Counted from the stretch's first letter, positions 49,850-63,069 are shown. The stretch is DNA of 64,000 nucleotides from Mobula hypostoma (GCF_963921235.1 NC_086097.1:161326001-161390000), one strand, 5' to 3'. Program-made: numbers and translations. The notes: generated by a model from the letters alone, not told the origin.

Positions 49850-51235
49850 TTTATGATTAATTCCTCATGATGCACAAACATTGCGGTTCTGTCTCAATCC
49901 TGCTCACCCAACCTGGAACATCTCACAATCAAGTGCCATCATTTTATCTGCCACAGGAGTTTTCGGACATTTTGTTAGCGGTGTACATCCCACCTCAGGC
50001 CCGTGTCAAAAAGGCTTTGGACCAACTGAGCGACATAATGAACAGTGCACCCTGATGCCTTCCACATCATTTGGGGGATTTTAACCAGGCTAGCTTGAAA
50101 AACTCTCTAAATAACTATTGCCTACATATCATCCGCAACCAGAGGAGCCAACACACTAGACCTCTGTTACACTACAATCAATCGCACTTACTGTACCATT
50201 CCACTTTGAAAAGTCTGATCATCTGGCTGTGCTTCTACTCCCTGAGTATATAGTTGGAGAATGAACACCACAGCACCGGTAGAGAGGATCAAGAAGGCAT
50301 GGACAAGGGAGACTGAGAAGCCTTACAGGACTGCTTTGAATCAGTGGACTGGACAGTATTCAGGGATTCATCTTCAGGTCTGAATGAATATACCACAGTG
50401 GTCACTGACTTCATTAAAACCTGTGCAGATGTATGTGTGCCTATGAGAATATTCTATACATCCCTGACTCAAAAGCTGTGGATGAACCAGGAGATTCGTA
50501 GTCTGCTGAGGGCTAGCTCTGTGGCATTCAGGTCTGGTAATCCAGGACTATAAAAAAGGTCATGTACGACTTACAGACGGCAATGTCAAGAGTAAAAGAA
50601 CAATTCCAATCAAGGTTAAAGGTGGAATCGGATGCACGTCAACTCTGGCAGGGTTTGCAGGCCATTACTTCCTACAATGTGAAACCCCCAGACATTCCAC
50701 TCCCAGATGAGCTCAGCGCCTTTTATGCTCACTTTGAAAGGGAGAATAAAACTATAGCTATGAGGATCCCTGCAGCATCTGGTGACCCTGTAATCTCTCT
50801 CTCTTGGTGGCCAAAATCAGAACATCCTTCAAGAGGGTGAACCCTCGCAAGACAACAGACCCCCATGGTATACCTAATAGGGCTTGGAAAATCTGTGTCA
50901 ACCAACTGGTGGGTGTGTTCAAAGACATTTTCAATTGCTCATTGCTACAGTCAGAATTTCCCACCTGCTTCAAAAGGACAACAATCATACCGGTGCTCAA
51001 GAAGAGCAGGGTGAGCTGCTTTAATGACAATTGTCCAGTTACACTTACATCTACGGTGATGAAGTGGTTGAGAGGTTGGTTATGGTTGGAATCAACTCCT
51101 GCTTAATCAAGACCTGAGCCCACTACAGTTTACCTATCACCACAATAAGCCTACAGCAGATGTGATCTTGTTGGCTCTTCATGCTGCTTTGGATCAACTC
51201 AACAATACTAATACTTACTGCTGTTTACTGACTGC
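49850..51235 (+). mobile_element. Degenerate Rex1/Babar-like LINE (endonuclease to RT)
   Basis: FYLPQEFS..AVYIPPQA, GDFNQA, DWTVF, WMNQEIR and PTCFK.TTIIPV. Confidence 0.88.
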
Positions 51236-51690
51236 AGGTCAATGTTGTGCCGACCATCTAACCTACTCTAGAAACAGCCTAGAATTTCCCTCACACATAG
51301 CCCTCTATTTTTCTAAGCTCCATGTATCATCTAAGAGGTTCTTAAAAGACCCTATTGTATCCACTTCCACCACCACCACCAGCAGTGCATTCCACGCACC
51401 CACCACGCTCTGCGTGAAAAACTTAACCCTGACATCCCTTGGTACTTATTGCCAAGCACCGTAAAACTATGACCACTCGTGTTAGCCATTTCAGTCCTAG
51501 GAAAAAGCCTCTGGCTATCTACACAATCAATGCCCCTCATCATCTTATACACCTCTATCAGGTCACCTCTCATACTCTGTCGCTCCAAGGAGAAAAGGCC
51601 AAGTACACTCAACCTATTCTGATAAGGTATGCCCTCCGATCCAGGCAATATCCTTGTAGATATCCTCTGCGTTCCCTCTATAGTATTCCA
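51236..51690 (-). mobile_element. CR1 3' end
   Basis: Minus ORF 51352-51693 is a CR1 C-terminus. Confidence 0.88.
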
Positions 51691-51814
51691 CAAAGAATCA
51701 TTGGAAAAAGCTTTCAGACAAACTCACTCAAAAATACCCAACTTTCTCAATTTTATTTCTGACTGCACAAAACCTCTGCTTCCATTAACTTGCTTAATTC
51801 TTACCTTGTTTCTG

Positions 51815-52345
51815 TCTTAGACCATAAGACATAGGAGCAGAATTAGTCCATTCAGCTCATTGATTCTGCTCCGCCATTCCATCATGGCTAATCCCGATCC
51901 CACTCAACCCCATACACTTGCCTTCTCACCATATCCTTTGATGCCCTGAACTATCAACTTCCACATTAAATATACCTACGGACTTGGCCTCCACTGCATT
52001 CTCTGCCAGAACATTCCACAGATTCACTACTCTCTAGCTAAAAAAAATTCCACTTTACCTCTGTTCTTAAAAGTTGCCCCTCCATTAGAGGCTGTGCCCT
52101 CTAGTTCTGGACACCCCCATCATAAGAAACATCCTTTTCACTTCCACCATATCTAGTCCTTTCAACATTTGGTAGGTTTTGATGAGATCACCCTGCGTTC
52201 TACAGGCCCAAACCTGCCAAACACTCCTCTTATGTTAACCCCCTCATTCCCAGAATCATCCTTGTGAACTCCTCTGGACTCTCTTCAATGACAACACATC
52301 TTTTCTGAGATATGGGGTAGATAATATTCCAAGTGCAGTCTTGAA
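51815..52345 (-). mobile_element. CR1 3' fragment
   Basis: agaccataagacataggagcagaattag tail followed by degenerate ORF2. Confidence 0.82.
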
Positions 52346-53265
52346 GCCCTGCATCCAATACTTTCACCTAACCCTGGTGTCACCCTTAGTATATTCCAGA
52401 TTTTTCTCTGCAAACTTGAACATGTCTTACACACAAATGCTTGAGTCATAACTCCTGATCTAGCTCAATCTATATTTTTTCTAGTTTCGGTACATGGGTA
52501 TCATTAGCAAGGCCAACATTTATTGTCCGTCCATAATTACCCCTGGCCAGGTGATAGTGAGACACTTTGAACAGTTGTAGTTTTTCTTCAAGCCTACTCC
52601 AACTGGGCTGTTCAATAAGGTGTTCCAGGATTTAGCCCCACCAAATAGTGCTTAATGCACCTGCTATCTTTGACTTTCTTGATGGTAGAGATCATATGTT
52701 CAAAAAGCCAAGGCGAGTATGTGTCCTAATTTAGCATCTGTGTGTCAGAAACCTATCTGAGAAATAGCCTGAGACAGTTAAGGTGCAATATAAATAGTTA
52801 TTATTAAAGTTAATTCAGCCTGGTAGAAAGGGTCTAGAGATATTTCTCAGTATATTTTAACAGCTAATTGGAAGCTAGATGGTATCATTCAAATCTCTCA
52901 CTATTTAACACACTAATCAATATGATATAAAAAATTGCCTCGGTGGATGAGTTGTTTAACAGAAAAATGGCTGCAAATTAACAAAATGTTATGAAAGCCT
53001 GAATCTGGGGAGAACAAATAATCATCAAGCTTGAGAATAATTAAAGGTGGAGCATTATTATGAAAGTGACAGGAACCATATGTGACGAGAAAATAAAAAT
53101 CAATGAACTACAGCTTCTGCAGATCTGAAATGAACCAGGAATTGCTTTTAGTCGCTATAGGGTAGACAGCATTTGTGAAAAAAAAACACAGCTAGTGGAG
53201 TTTTGGTGGCACAGTTTGAAAAGCTGCTGCTCCACTCTCCAAGGATCAATCCTCACTTCCAGTTG

Positions 53266-53372
53266 AACAACACACACAAAACGCTGGAGGAACACAGCAG
53301 GCCAGGCAGCATCTATGGAAAAAAGTACAGTCGACAGTTTAAATCCTGCTGAAGGGTTTCAGCCCGAAACAC
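53266..53372. mobile_element. Rearranged Penelope terminal-repeat fragment
   Basis: acacacaaaacgctgg...gtcgac (minus arm) joined to cctgctgaagggtttcagcccgaaac (plus-strand hammerhead-like piece). Confidence 0.7.
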
Positions 53373-53374
53373 CA

Positions 53375-54450
53375 CACTCTCACAACCCTCTGAGGGAAGA
53401 CATTTCCACTCATGTTCCCTTAAACTTTCACCTTTCACTTTCAATCTATGATCACCGGTTGTAACCCCACCCAAACTTAATGGAAAAAGTCTGCTTACAT
53501 TTACCCCGTCTATACCCTCATAATTTTGTATATCTCTATCAAATCAGCTCTCAATCTTTTATGTTCCAAGGAATAAAGTCCTAACTTATTCAAACTTTCC
53601 ATTTAACTCAGGTCTTTCAGTATCAGTGACATCATTGTAAATTTTTTGTATACTCTTTCAAACTTATTTACATCTTTCCTATAGCTAGGTGACCAAAAAC
53701 GGCACATATTACTGAAAATTGGGCATCACCAATGTCTTGTACAACTTCAACATAACATCTCAACTCCTGTACTCAATACTTTGATTTATGAAGGCCGATA
53801 TGTCAAAAGCTTTCTTCACAACCCTATCAACCTGTGACACCACGTTCAATGAATTATGAACCTGTATTCCTGGATTGTTCTGTTCTACTGCAGTCCTCAG
53901 TGCCCAAACATTCACTATATAAGACCTATCTAGTTGGTCCCAATGAAGTGTAACACCTCACACTTATCTGTATTAAATTCCATCTGCCATTTTTCATCCC
54001 ATTTTTCCAGCTGGTCCAGATCCTGCTGCAAGCCGTGATATTCTTTCTAGCTATCCACAACACCTCCAATCTTGATTTCATCTGCAAATTTGCTGATCCA
54101 TTTAACCACGTTATCATCCAAATCATTGAAATAGATGACAAACAACACAGACCCAGCACCAATCTCTGCATCACTCCACTATTCACAGGCCTCCAGTCAA
54201 AGAGGCAACCATCTACTATGACTCTCTGGCCTCTCTCATAGAGTCAATGTCTTGTCCAATTTATGACCTCATCATGAATGCCAAACGACTTAACCTTCTT
54301 GACCAACTTCCCATGTGACACCTTGTCAAGTGCCTTCCCAAAATCCATGTAGACAATATCCACTGTCTTGCCTCCATCAACTTTCTAGGTAACTTCCTCA
54401 AAAAATTGGTTAGATCAGATAGCCATGACGTCTATCCTTAATCAGTCCAC
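53375..54450 (-). mobile_element. Degenerate CR1, continuing at about 55112-55148
   Basis: Reverse complement gives KWQMEFN..KCEV, KFAD and YMDF.KA.DKV remnants. Confidence 0.85.
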
Positions 54451-54451
54451 G

Positions 54452-55110
54452 CCTTGGTGTCCACATTTCCAATGGCCTCACCTGGTCCCTGAACTCCTCC
54501 ATCCTGATCAAAAAGGCGCAACAGCGCCTTTATTTCCTGCGGAGCTTCAAGAAAGCTCACCTCTGTCCCAGGATACTGACGGACTTTTACCGCTGTACCA
54601 TTGAGAGCATACTCACCAACTGCATCTCAGTGTGGTATGGCAATTGTCCCGTATCGGACCGCAAAGCACTCCAGCAGGTGGTGAAAACTGCTCAGTGGAT
54701 TATCGGCACCCAATTGCCCACCATTGAGAACATCTACCATAAACACTGCCTGGCCAGGGCGAAAAATATTATCAAGGATGCATCTCACCCTAACCATGGA
54801 CTTTTTACTCTCCTCCCATCGGTAGGCGCTACAGGAGCCTCTGCTCCCGCACCAGCAGGTTCAGGAAGAGCTTCTTCCCTGAGGCTGTGACCCTGCTGAA
54901 CCTCACGTCACAGTGCTAATCAGTATTGCACCCATATGGGACTGTCTCAGTACTTTTATATTTGTGTGCTGTAGCACTTACTTTTTATTCACAGTTATTT
55001 TGTAAATAATACTATCCTTTTACACTTCTGGTCAGATGCTAATTGCATTTCATTGGCTTTGTATCTGTACTCGGCACAATGACAATAAAGTTGAATCTAG
55101 TCTAATCTAA
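54452..55110 (+). mobile_element. Rex1/Babar-like LINE 3' part
   Basis: KKAQQRLYFLR, FYRCTIESILT.CISVWYGNC and tail aataaagttgaatctagtctaatct. Confidence 0.9.
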
Positions 55111-55145
55111 TGTCTATCCAAATACTCATATCCCTAGTCCCTTAG

Positions 55146-57497
55146 AATAAGACAATAAGACCATAAGACATAAGAGCAGAATTAGGCCATCTGGCCTATC
55201 TAGTCTGCTCTGCCATTTCACCATGGCTGACCCATTTTTCCTCTCAGCCCCAATCTCCTGCTTTCTCCTCGTATCTCTTCATGCCCTGACCAATCAAGAA
55301 TCTACCAACCTCTGCCTTAAATATACATACCGACATGGCCTACACAGCTGCTTGTAGCAAAGAATACCACAGATTCACCACTCTCTGGATAAAGAAATTC
55401 CTCCTTATCTCTGTTCTAAAAGGACACCACTCTGTTCTGAGGCTGTGTCCTCTGGATGTAAACTCTTGCACCATAGGAAACATCCTCTCTACATTCACTC
55501 TATCAAGGCCTTTTACCATTCAATAGGTTTCAATAAGGTCACCCCTCATACTTCTGAATTCCAGTGAATACAGTCCCAGAGCCATCGGACGCTCTTCATA
55601 TGACAAGCCATTCAATCCTGGAATCAATTTCGTGAAACTCCTTTGAACCCCCTCCAGGTTCAGCACATCCTTTCTCAGATAAGAAGCCCAAACTCCAAAT
55701 GAGGCCTCTCCAGTGCTTTATAAAGTCTCAACATTATATCCTTGTGTTTATATTCCAGTCCTCTTGAAATGAATGCTAACATCACATTTGCCTTCCTCAC
55801 CACAGACTCCAACTGCAAATTAACCTTTAACGAATCCTGCACAAGGACTCCCAAGTTACTTTGCACCTCAGTTTTTTGTATTTTCTCTCCATTTACAAAA
55901 TAATCAAGCCTTTCATTTTTTCTGCCAAAGTGCATGACCATACATTTCCCAAAATTGTATTCCATCTGCCATTTCTTTGCCCATTCTCCTAATCTGTCTG
56001 TCCTTCCACAGCCTCTCTACTTTCTCAACCTATCTTTGTTTCGATAGGTAGGTAGGTACCTATTGATAGAATGGGTTCAATTTAATGTCAGAGAAATGTA
56101 TACAATATACATCCTGAAATTCTTTTTTTTCGCAAACATCCACAAAAACAGGAGTGCCCCAAAGAGTGAATGACAATTAAATGTTAGAACCCCAAAACAC
56201 CCCCCAGCTTCCCCTCCCACACACAAGCAGCAGCAAAGTGAGAACCCCCCTCCCCCACCAGCATAAAAGCATCTACAACCCCCCCCCCACTGACCACTCA
56301 AGAATGTAGCAAAGCATCAATAAAGACACAGACTTGCAGTACCCCAAAGACTACTTGTTCAGCTAGTAATTCGACATACTACAGGCTCTCTCTCTCCCTA
56401 AAAAGGTAAACAGAGGTGTCCGTTCCACAGAGAGAGGGGAGACATAACAAAACAATTCACGGATTTATGATGTTAAAAGTCCGTTGCGTCACTTTTTCTG
56501 AGCCCTGTGCCCGAAGATCTTGGTTCTCTGGGCACACAGCCAGCAGCCGGCGTGCTGTTTTTGACCTTCCGTGTACCCCCACAACACACTAGTTTTCTGC
56601 AACGGCACTGACCTCGAATCTGTCTGCCTCCAGAGCCACAAAAATCCAGCACCATAAAGGTGCACTAGTCTTCTAGGCCGCGTCCTTGGCATATTGAAAA
56701 GCAGCCAGTCGTGTGGCCTCAAGAGCGGGTCCCATTCCTGCAGAGAACCGAAATCAGTGTGTAATTCCAGGTCAGGGTCTTCAAAAGAACCCTGAAAAAG
56801 GAAAAAAGAGATATTAAAGATAGAAATAGAGCTTTTTCTGGAGATGCAAGCAAAGGAGCTGCCGTTAGGCGCCATCGTCCTAAGTTCCGCCCTCTGTAAA
56901 AAAAAGCCATCTATTCCATCGCCTAAATCATTGACGTAAAACGTAAAAAAAATCGGTCCCAAAACAGACCCCTGTGGAACACCACTAGTCACCAGCAGCC
57001 AACCAGAAAAGGCTCCCTTAATTTCAACTCTTTGTCTCCACTGCTATATCCATGATAGAACCTTTCCTGTTAAACCATGGGCTCATAACTTGTTAAGCAG
57101 CTTTATGTGTGGCACTTCGTCAAAGGCCTTCTGAAAATCAACTGTTTTTCCTTTATCTATCCTGCTTCTTATTTCTTCAAAGAATGCTGACAGATTTGTC
57201 AGGCAAGATTTTCCCTTGAGGAAACCATGCTGACTATGGCCTATTTTATCATGTGCCTCCAAATACCCCAGAACCACATCTGTAACAAGCGACTCCAGCA
57301 GTTTTCCAACCGCTGAGGTCAGACTAACTGACCTATAATTTCCTTCCTTTTCAGCCTCTCTCCCTTCTTGAAGAGTGGAGTGACATTTGAAATTTTCCAG
57401 TCCTCCAGAGCCATTCCAGAATCTAGTGATTCTTGAAAGATCTTTACAAATGCGTCCACAATCTCTTCAGCCACTTCTTTCAGAACTCTGGGGTGAC
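55146..57497 (-). mobile_element. Degenerate CR1 split by the insertion at 56040-56903
   Basis: (tcttatgg)n tail and motifs HPRVLKEVAEEIV, SQHGFLKGKSCLTNL and VPQGSVLGP. Confidence 0.9.
56040..56903 (-). mobile_element. Unclassified non-coding retroposon-like insertion
   Basis: Interrupts CR1 at the FADD region. The minus strand starts GC-rich (gggcggaacttaggacgatggcgcc) and ends with ATTAAA plus short repeats. Confidence 0.65.
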
Positions 57498-57985
57498 ATA
57501 CGTAATTCACGTAATTATACATAGAACACGTAATTATTTAAATGACTAAGAATGCTTAATCAAACGATATATGTATACACGATTACTCAAATAGTAAAGA
57601 CACAATACTGTCCCATACAGATAGTGGTAGAAATGTTTACACCCCAAACCAGGCTCAAGCCTCTCTGTCAAACTGTGCACAATTTTTCTCTCAACGGTAA
57701 GAGAATGTGATGCAAAGCTGTGAGCCATTCACTTCCATCACTCATAATGTTGCCAGGACTGCAACTGTAACGATCACAATGTGTCAGTGTCTGCCAGCAC
57801 CATTTCCTTTGCCTTTTAGAAAGCCACCTTGCACAAACTTCATCCAGTGTCATTTTTTCCTGATCTGCAGTAATGAGTTTAAGGGGTGGAGTACAGTAGT
57901 CAGGTCTGTCAGGAATCTGCTCTAGTAATTAAAAAGTCTTAAAAAGGACTGCAATTCTGACACATCCTTGGCCCTAGGGCTTGTA

Positions 57986-58117
57986 TTAAAAATTAAAGTC
58001 TGTCACGAGCCTTGTGGTCCATCAGGCCGGTGCTTATGCCGGTTTCCGTGGTGTGAAGCGACTGAGAGTACGAGACTTCCCCCTCCCCCACCCCGGATAG
58101 GACGCCAGTCTATCCTG
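57986..58117 (-). mobile_element. 5'-truncated SINE/LINE tail with 11-bp TSD
   Basis: TSD tagggcttgta (57975-57985 / 58118-58128) and a (tttaa)-like tail. Confidence 0.75.
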
Positions 58118-58279
58118 TAGGGCTTGTACATCAATCATGTGACCACTATAAGTGATGTTTGGGTTAAAGAATTCAAACTTGCCGTGTCATGCTCAGAGCG
58201 CTTAACCTTCTAAACTTCTTAATACTGTCTTGAGTTTTTGGTGATGTACCTTATCATCCTTACCCAAAACAATACTTTT

Positions 58280-58362
58280 TACTTCTATTGCATTGAACTG
58301 CTGCTGCTAAATTAACAAATTTCACGTCACATGCCAGAGATAATAAATCTGATTCTGATTCT
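58280..58362 (+). mobile_element. Rex1-like 3' tail
   Basis: Reverse complement of 46483-46565. Ends aataaatctgattctgattct. Confidence 0.8.
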
Positions 58363-58679
58363 AATCCAGGTTACAGTGAGTGCCTGGGCAACCTTGCGAC
58401 ATCTGGTTCATAGCTTTCTGCAAGAGTGCAGGTGCAGATGCTTCTTCAAAACTAAGCCCATTACAGTGAAAAAGCCCTTTGTGAGTGTTTGTGGTGGGAA
58501 ACACTTTGGACTGTTCTTCCATCTACAAGTAGGCCTCAGCAAAGTCCACTTTGCTGAAGTGTTCTTCTCCAGAAAGGTTTGAAAAGATATCCTCTATCCT
58601 GGGCAGTGGGTATTGATCTACTTTCAGTACTGGGTTGATGGTGACCTTAAAGTCACCAGAGATCCTAACAGATCCATTC

Positions 58680-59055
58680 ATAATTAACAGATTATGCTGA
58701 AAGTTTGAAGTTAATAACATATCCTTTTACCCTAGGCTACGAACTTATCAATCACCCCTGATGAGTTATTAACGGATGAGTTATTAGCCTCAAACTTTCT
58801 GCATAATCACTTAAAGAGTTGAACTGCATGTGCCTGTAACAAGAGCTGTATAACTCATCTCCTGCTACCTTAGGCCACGAACTTATCAATCACCCCTGCT
58901 GTAGGCACTTTCTGGAGGTCCAAGATCCGTATGCTCCACGACCGCTAGACTAAGTGTACAAATGTAGGAGAAGACTATGTTAAAAAATAAATGTGCTAGG
59001 TTTTCTAAAACTGACTCCTTCTACCTTAGGCCACGAACTTATCAATCACCCCTCG
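58680..59055. mobile_element. Mariner-like non-autonomous element with three tandem TIR copies
   Basis: (ct)accttaggccacgaacttatcaatcacccct at about 58728, 58866 and 59021. The last copy ends ...cccctcg followed by TA. Confidence 0.65.
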
Positions 59056-60381
59056 TATATTGTGACACACACTGAAAGTATTGCATACTCCATTATTTGA
59101 GGAAACTGCTGTGTTACAAACTTCAAAGCAACAATTTAACAAGGGTAGAGATCTTGTTTGTTAGTTTTTTTCTAGAACTGTATTTTTCCATTCCAACAGA
59201 ATTACTTTCCTGCTGTTTACTTTCATTCTCTGACACTCTTGAAAATTTGCTTTGTTGGCATTTATTTTTGTCCAAATGAGGAAGCAGGTTGTGATGTCTG
59301 TCATAGTTCAGAAAGGATCAGTTCACCCTGCATTGAAAGGAGCACAACAAAACAAATTTGCAGACATGGTGTAATACCCCCTTCCTTTCCCATAGCAGTA
59401 AGCTATAAAAAAAATGTATGTAGTGCGATGGCCCATTCCATGAACTTTTAGTGAGAGAAAAATATTCAGTGCTTGCTGCTTTGAAAACATTAAGCTGAAT
59501 GCAGACTTAAGATATGCAGGGACACCATTGAACATAAAAATGTACAAACTGTCTTCAATAAGTCCGTGTACATCTACTGGCTGTGCGGCTTTAAAATCTT
59601 CTCTATTCAATCAAGGCAATTTGAAGATTTGACAAGAACTTACATAAGAATAAAGCATAAGAATTGTGGTCAGAGGTTGTCCTTAGAACTTGCTCCATTC
59701 TTCATCAAAATCCTCAATGATCATTTACCATCTCTTGATTCCCTTCCAAAACCTATAAACTTCAGCCCAAAGTGAACTCTATGACCAAGCCTCCACAGCT
59801 CTCCAGGGAAGAAAATTACAGGTTCTCAGCCTCTGAGTGAAGATGTTTAGGACCTATTCTCCATAAAACTTGCCAAAAATGTTAGATAGAAATCTGCACC
59901 TTTAATAGTACGTAATAAAATACTCCAAATGAAAAAATACTGTGTTCAGGACAGATGCTGAGTCTGGCTGGGGAAGTTGGTAACGGACAGTGAAAGTGCC
60001 AGGCAGTTAGGGTGGAGTTGAATCCCAGGAAGCATTGAAAGCAAAGGTCTCAAAAATTCAGTTGTATAACTTATATGTTTTTATGTGCCACATCACTGAA
60101 TTGAAATGTAAAATTGATTGCTAAATGTGACAATTCATAGGTTCCCCAGCATGTAAGAGAAAATTGAACTCTGCTTTTCTGTGCACAGGAAGGATATTGG
60201 CACAAAGCAGCTGCATCACTCATTATGAACCACACATTTGACTTTGCTGTAACAACACCAGAGAATGAATTTAACCTCATACAACCTTAGTGGAAAAAGC
60301 CTACTTGCATTTACCCTCAACCAACACACATCAAAGTTGCTGGTGAACGCAGCAGGCCAGGCAGCATCTCTAGGAAGAGGT

Positions 60382-60424
60382 ACAGTCGACATTTCGGGCC
60401 GAGACCCTTTGTCAGGACTAACTG
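60382..60424 (-). ncRNA. Mutated minimal hammerhead ribozyme
   Basis: The core reads CTGACAA...GAAAT instead of CTGACGA...GAAAC, so it is probably inactive. Confidence 0.65.
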
Positions 60425-60430
60425 AAGGAA

Positions 60431-61350
60431 ACATAGAAACATAGAAACATAGAAAATAGGTGCAGGAGTAGGCCATTCGGCCCTTCGAGCCTGCACCGCC
60501 ATTTATTATGATCATGGCTGATCATCCAACTCAGAACCCCGCCCCAGCCTTCCCTCCATACCCCCTGACCCCTGTAGCCACAAGGGCCATATCTAACTCC
60601 CTCTTAAACATAGCCAATGAACTGGCCTCAACAGTTTCCTGTGGCAGAGAATTCCACAGATTCACCACTCTCTGTGTGAAGAAGTTTTTCCTAATCTCGG
60701 TCCTAAAAGGCTTCCCCTCTATCCTCAAACTGTGACCCCTCGTTCTGGACTTCCCCAACATCGGGAACAATCTTCCTGCATCGAGCCTGTCCAATCCCTT
60801 TAGGATCTTATACGTTTCAATCAGATCCCCCCTCAATCTTCTAAATTCCAACGAGTACAAGCCCAGTTCATCCAGTCTTTCTTCATATGAAAGTCCTGCC
60901 ATCCCAGGAATCAATCTGGTGAACCTTCTTTGTACTCCCTCTATCTCAAAGATGTCTTTCCTCAGATTAGGGGACCAAAACTGCACACAATACTCCAGGT
61001 GTGGTCTCACCAAGGCCTTGTACAACTGCAGTAGTACCTCCCTGCTCCAGTACTCGAATCCTTTTGCTATAAATGCCAGCATACCATTCACCTTTTTCAC
61101 CGCCTGCTGTACCTGCATGCCCACTTTCAATGACTGGTGTATAATGACACCCAGGTCTCGTTGCACCTCCCCTTTTCCTAATCGGCCACCATTCAGATAA
61201 TAATCTGTTTTCCTATTTTTGCCACCAAAGTGGATAACTTCACATTTATCCACATTAAATTGCATCTGCCATGAGTTTGCCCACTCACCCAACCTATCCA
61301 AGTCACCCTGCATCCTCTTAGCATCCTCCTCACTGCTAACACTGCCACCC
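60431..61350 (-). mobile_element. Young CR1 3' fragment inserted in Penelope-2
   Basis: Open ORF 60531-61313, (tttctatg)n tail, TSD aggaa (60426-60430 / 61351-61355). Confidence 0.95.
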
Positions 61351-63069
61351 AGGAAGAGTTAGTAAGAGATTTGAAAGTGGGAGGGGGAGGGGGAGATCCA
61401 AAATGATAGGAGAAGACAGGAGGGGGAGGGATGGAGCCAAGAGCTGGACAGGTGATTGGCAAAAGAGATATGAGAGGATCATGGGACAGGAGGCCCAGGG
61501 AGAAGGAAAAGGGGGAGGGGGGGAAAAAACCCAGAGGATGGGCAAGGGGTATAGTCAGAGGGACAGAGGGAGAAAAAGGAGAGAGGGAGAAAGAATGTGT
61601 GTATATAAATAAATAACGGATGAGGTACGAGGGGGAGGTGGGGCATTAGCAGAAGTTAGAGAAGTCAATGTTCATGCCATCAGGTTGGAGGCTACCCAGA
61701 CGGAATATAAGGTGTTGTTCCTCCAACCTGAGTGTGGCTTCATCTTTACAGTAGAGGAGGCCGTGGATAGACATATCGGAATGGGATGTGGAATTAAAAT
61801 GTGTGGCCACTGGGAGATCCTACTTTCTCTGGCGCACAGAGCGTAGGTGTTCAGCAAAACGATCTCCCAGTCTGCGTCGGGTCTCGCCGATATATAGAAG
61901 GCCACATCGGGAGCACCGGACGCAGTATATCACCCCAGCCGACTCACAGGTGAAGTGTCACCTCACCTGGAAGGACTGTCTGGGGCCCTGAATGGTGGTA
62001 AGGGAGGAAGTGTAAGGGCATGTGTAGCACTTGTTCCGCTTACAAGGATAAGTGCCAGGAGGAAGATCAGTGGGGAAGGATTGGGGGCGACGAATGGACA
62101 AGGGAGTCGCGTAGGGAGCGATCGCTGCGGAAAGCAGAGATGGGGGGGAGGGAAAGATGTGCTTAGCGGTGGGATCCCGTTGGAGGTGGCGGAAGTTACA
62201 GAGAATAATATGTCGGACCCGGAGGCTGGTGGGGTGGTAGGTGAGGACCAGGGGAACCCTATTCCTAGTGGGGTGACGGGAGGATGGAGTGACAGCAGAT
62301 GTGCGTGAAATGAGGGAGATGCGTTTGAGAGCAGAGTTGATGGTGGAGGAAGGGAAGCCCCTTTCTTTAAAAAAGAAGGACATCTCCCTCATCCTGGAAT
62401 GAAAAGCCTCATCCTGAGAGCAGATGCAGCGGAGATGGAGTAATTGCGAGAAGGGGATGGCATTTTTGCAAGAGACAGGGTGAGAAGAGGAATAGTCCAG
62501 ATAGCTGTGAGAGTCGGTAGGCATATAGTAGACATCAGTAGATAGGCTGTCTCCAGAGACAGAGACAGAAAGATCTAGAAAGGGGAGAGAGGTGTTGGAA
62601 ATGGACCAGGTAAACTTGAGGGCAGGGTGAAAGTTGGAGGCAAAGTTAATGAAGTCAACGAGCTCAGCATGCGTGCAGGAAGCAGCACCAATGCAGTCGT
62701 CAATGTAGCGAAGGAAAAGTGGGGGACAGATACCAGAACAGGTTTGGAACATAGATCGTTCCACAAAGCCAACAAAAAGACAGGCATAGCTAGGACCCAT
62801 ACGGGTGCCCATAGCTACACCTTTAGTTTGGAGGAAGTGGGAGGAGCCAAAGGAGAAATTATTAAGACTAAGGACTAATTCCGCTAGACGGAGCAGAGTG
62901 GTGGTAGAGGGGAACTGATTAGGTCTGGAATCCAAAAAGAAGCCAGCAACTTTGATGTGTGTTGCTTGAATTTCCAGCATCTGCAGAATTCCTCGTGTTT
63001 GCATTTACCCTATCTATACCCTTTATAACTTTGTATACCTCTACTGAATTTCCCCTTAATCTTCTATGC

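Larger units (their letters stand above)
57630..58680 (-). mobile_element. Old Gypsy RT-RNase H fragment
   Basis: GSVRISGDFKVTINPVLKVDQYPLPRIEDIF, with RNase H remnants at 57650-57780. Confidence 0.82.
60318..62998 (-). mobile_element. Penelope-like element 2 with a short inverted arm and 13-bp TSD
   Basis: TSD ttgcatttaccct (60305-60317 / 62999-63011). Minus arm has RYIDD and GIY-YIG. Inversion junction at about 62943. The host CR1 fragment is contiguous across it. Confidence 0.93.

Noticed and set aside
53200..53262. tRNA gene
   Set aside because: Only a decayed A-box-like SINE head (ggtggcacag...), with no cloverleaf.
56489..56992. 167-aa minus-strand ORF
   Set aside because: A CR1 RT fragment reads through into a non-coding insertion.
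58720..59055. CRISPR-like repeat-spacer pattern
   Set aside because: Only three repeats, with spacers over 100 bp. Better explained as DNA transposon ends.
61958..63004. 348-aa ORF as a novel gene
   Set aside because: It is a chance fusion of the inverted Penelope end to a partial RT, with the ATG supplied by the junction sequence.
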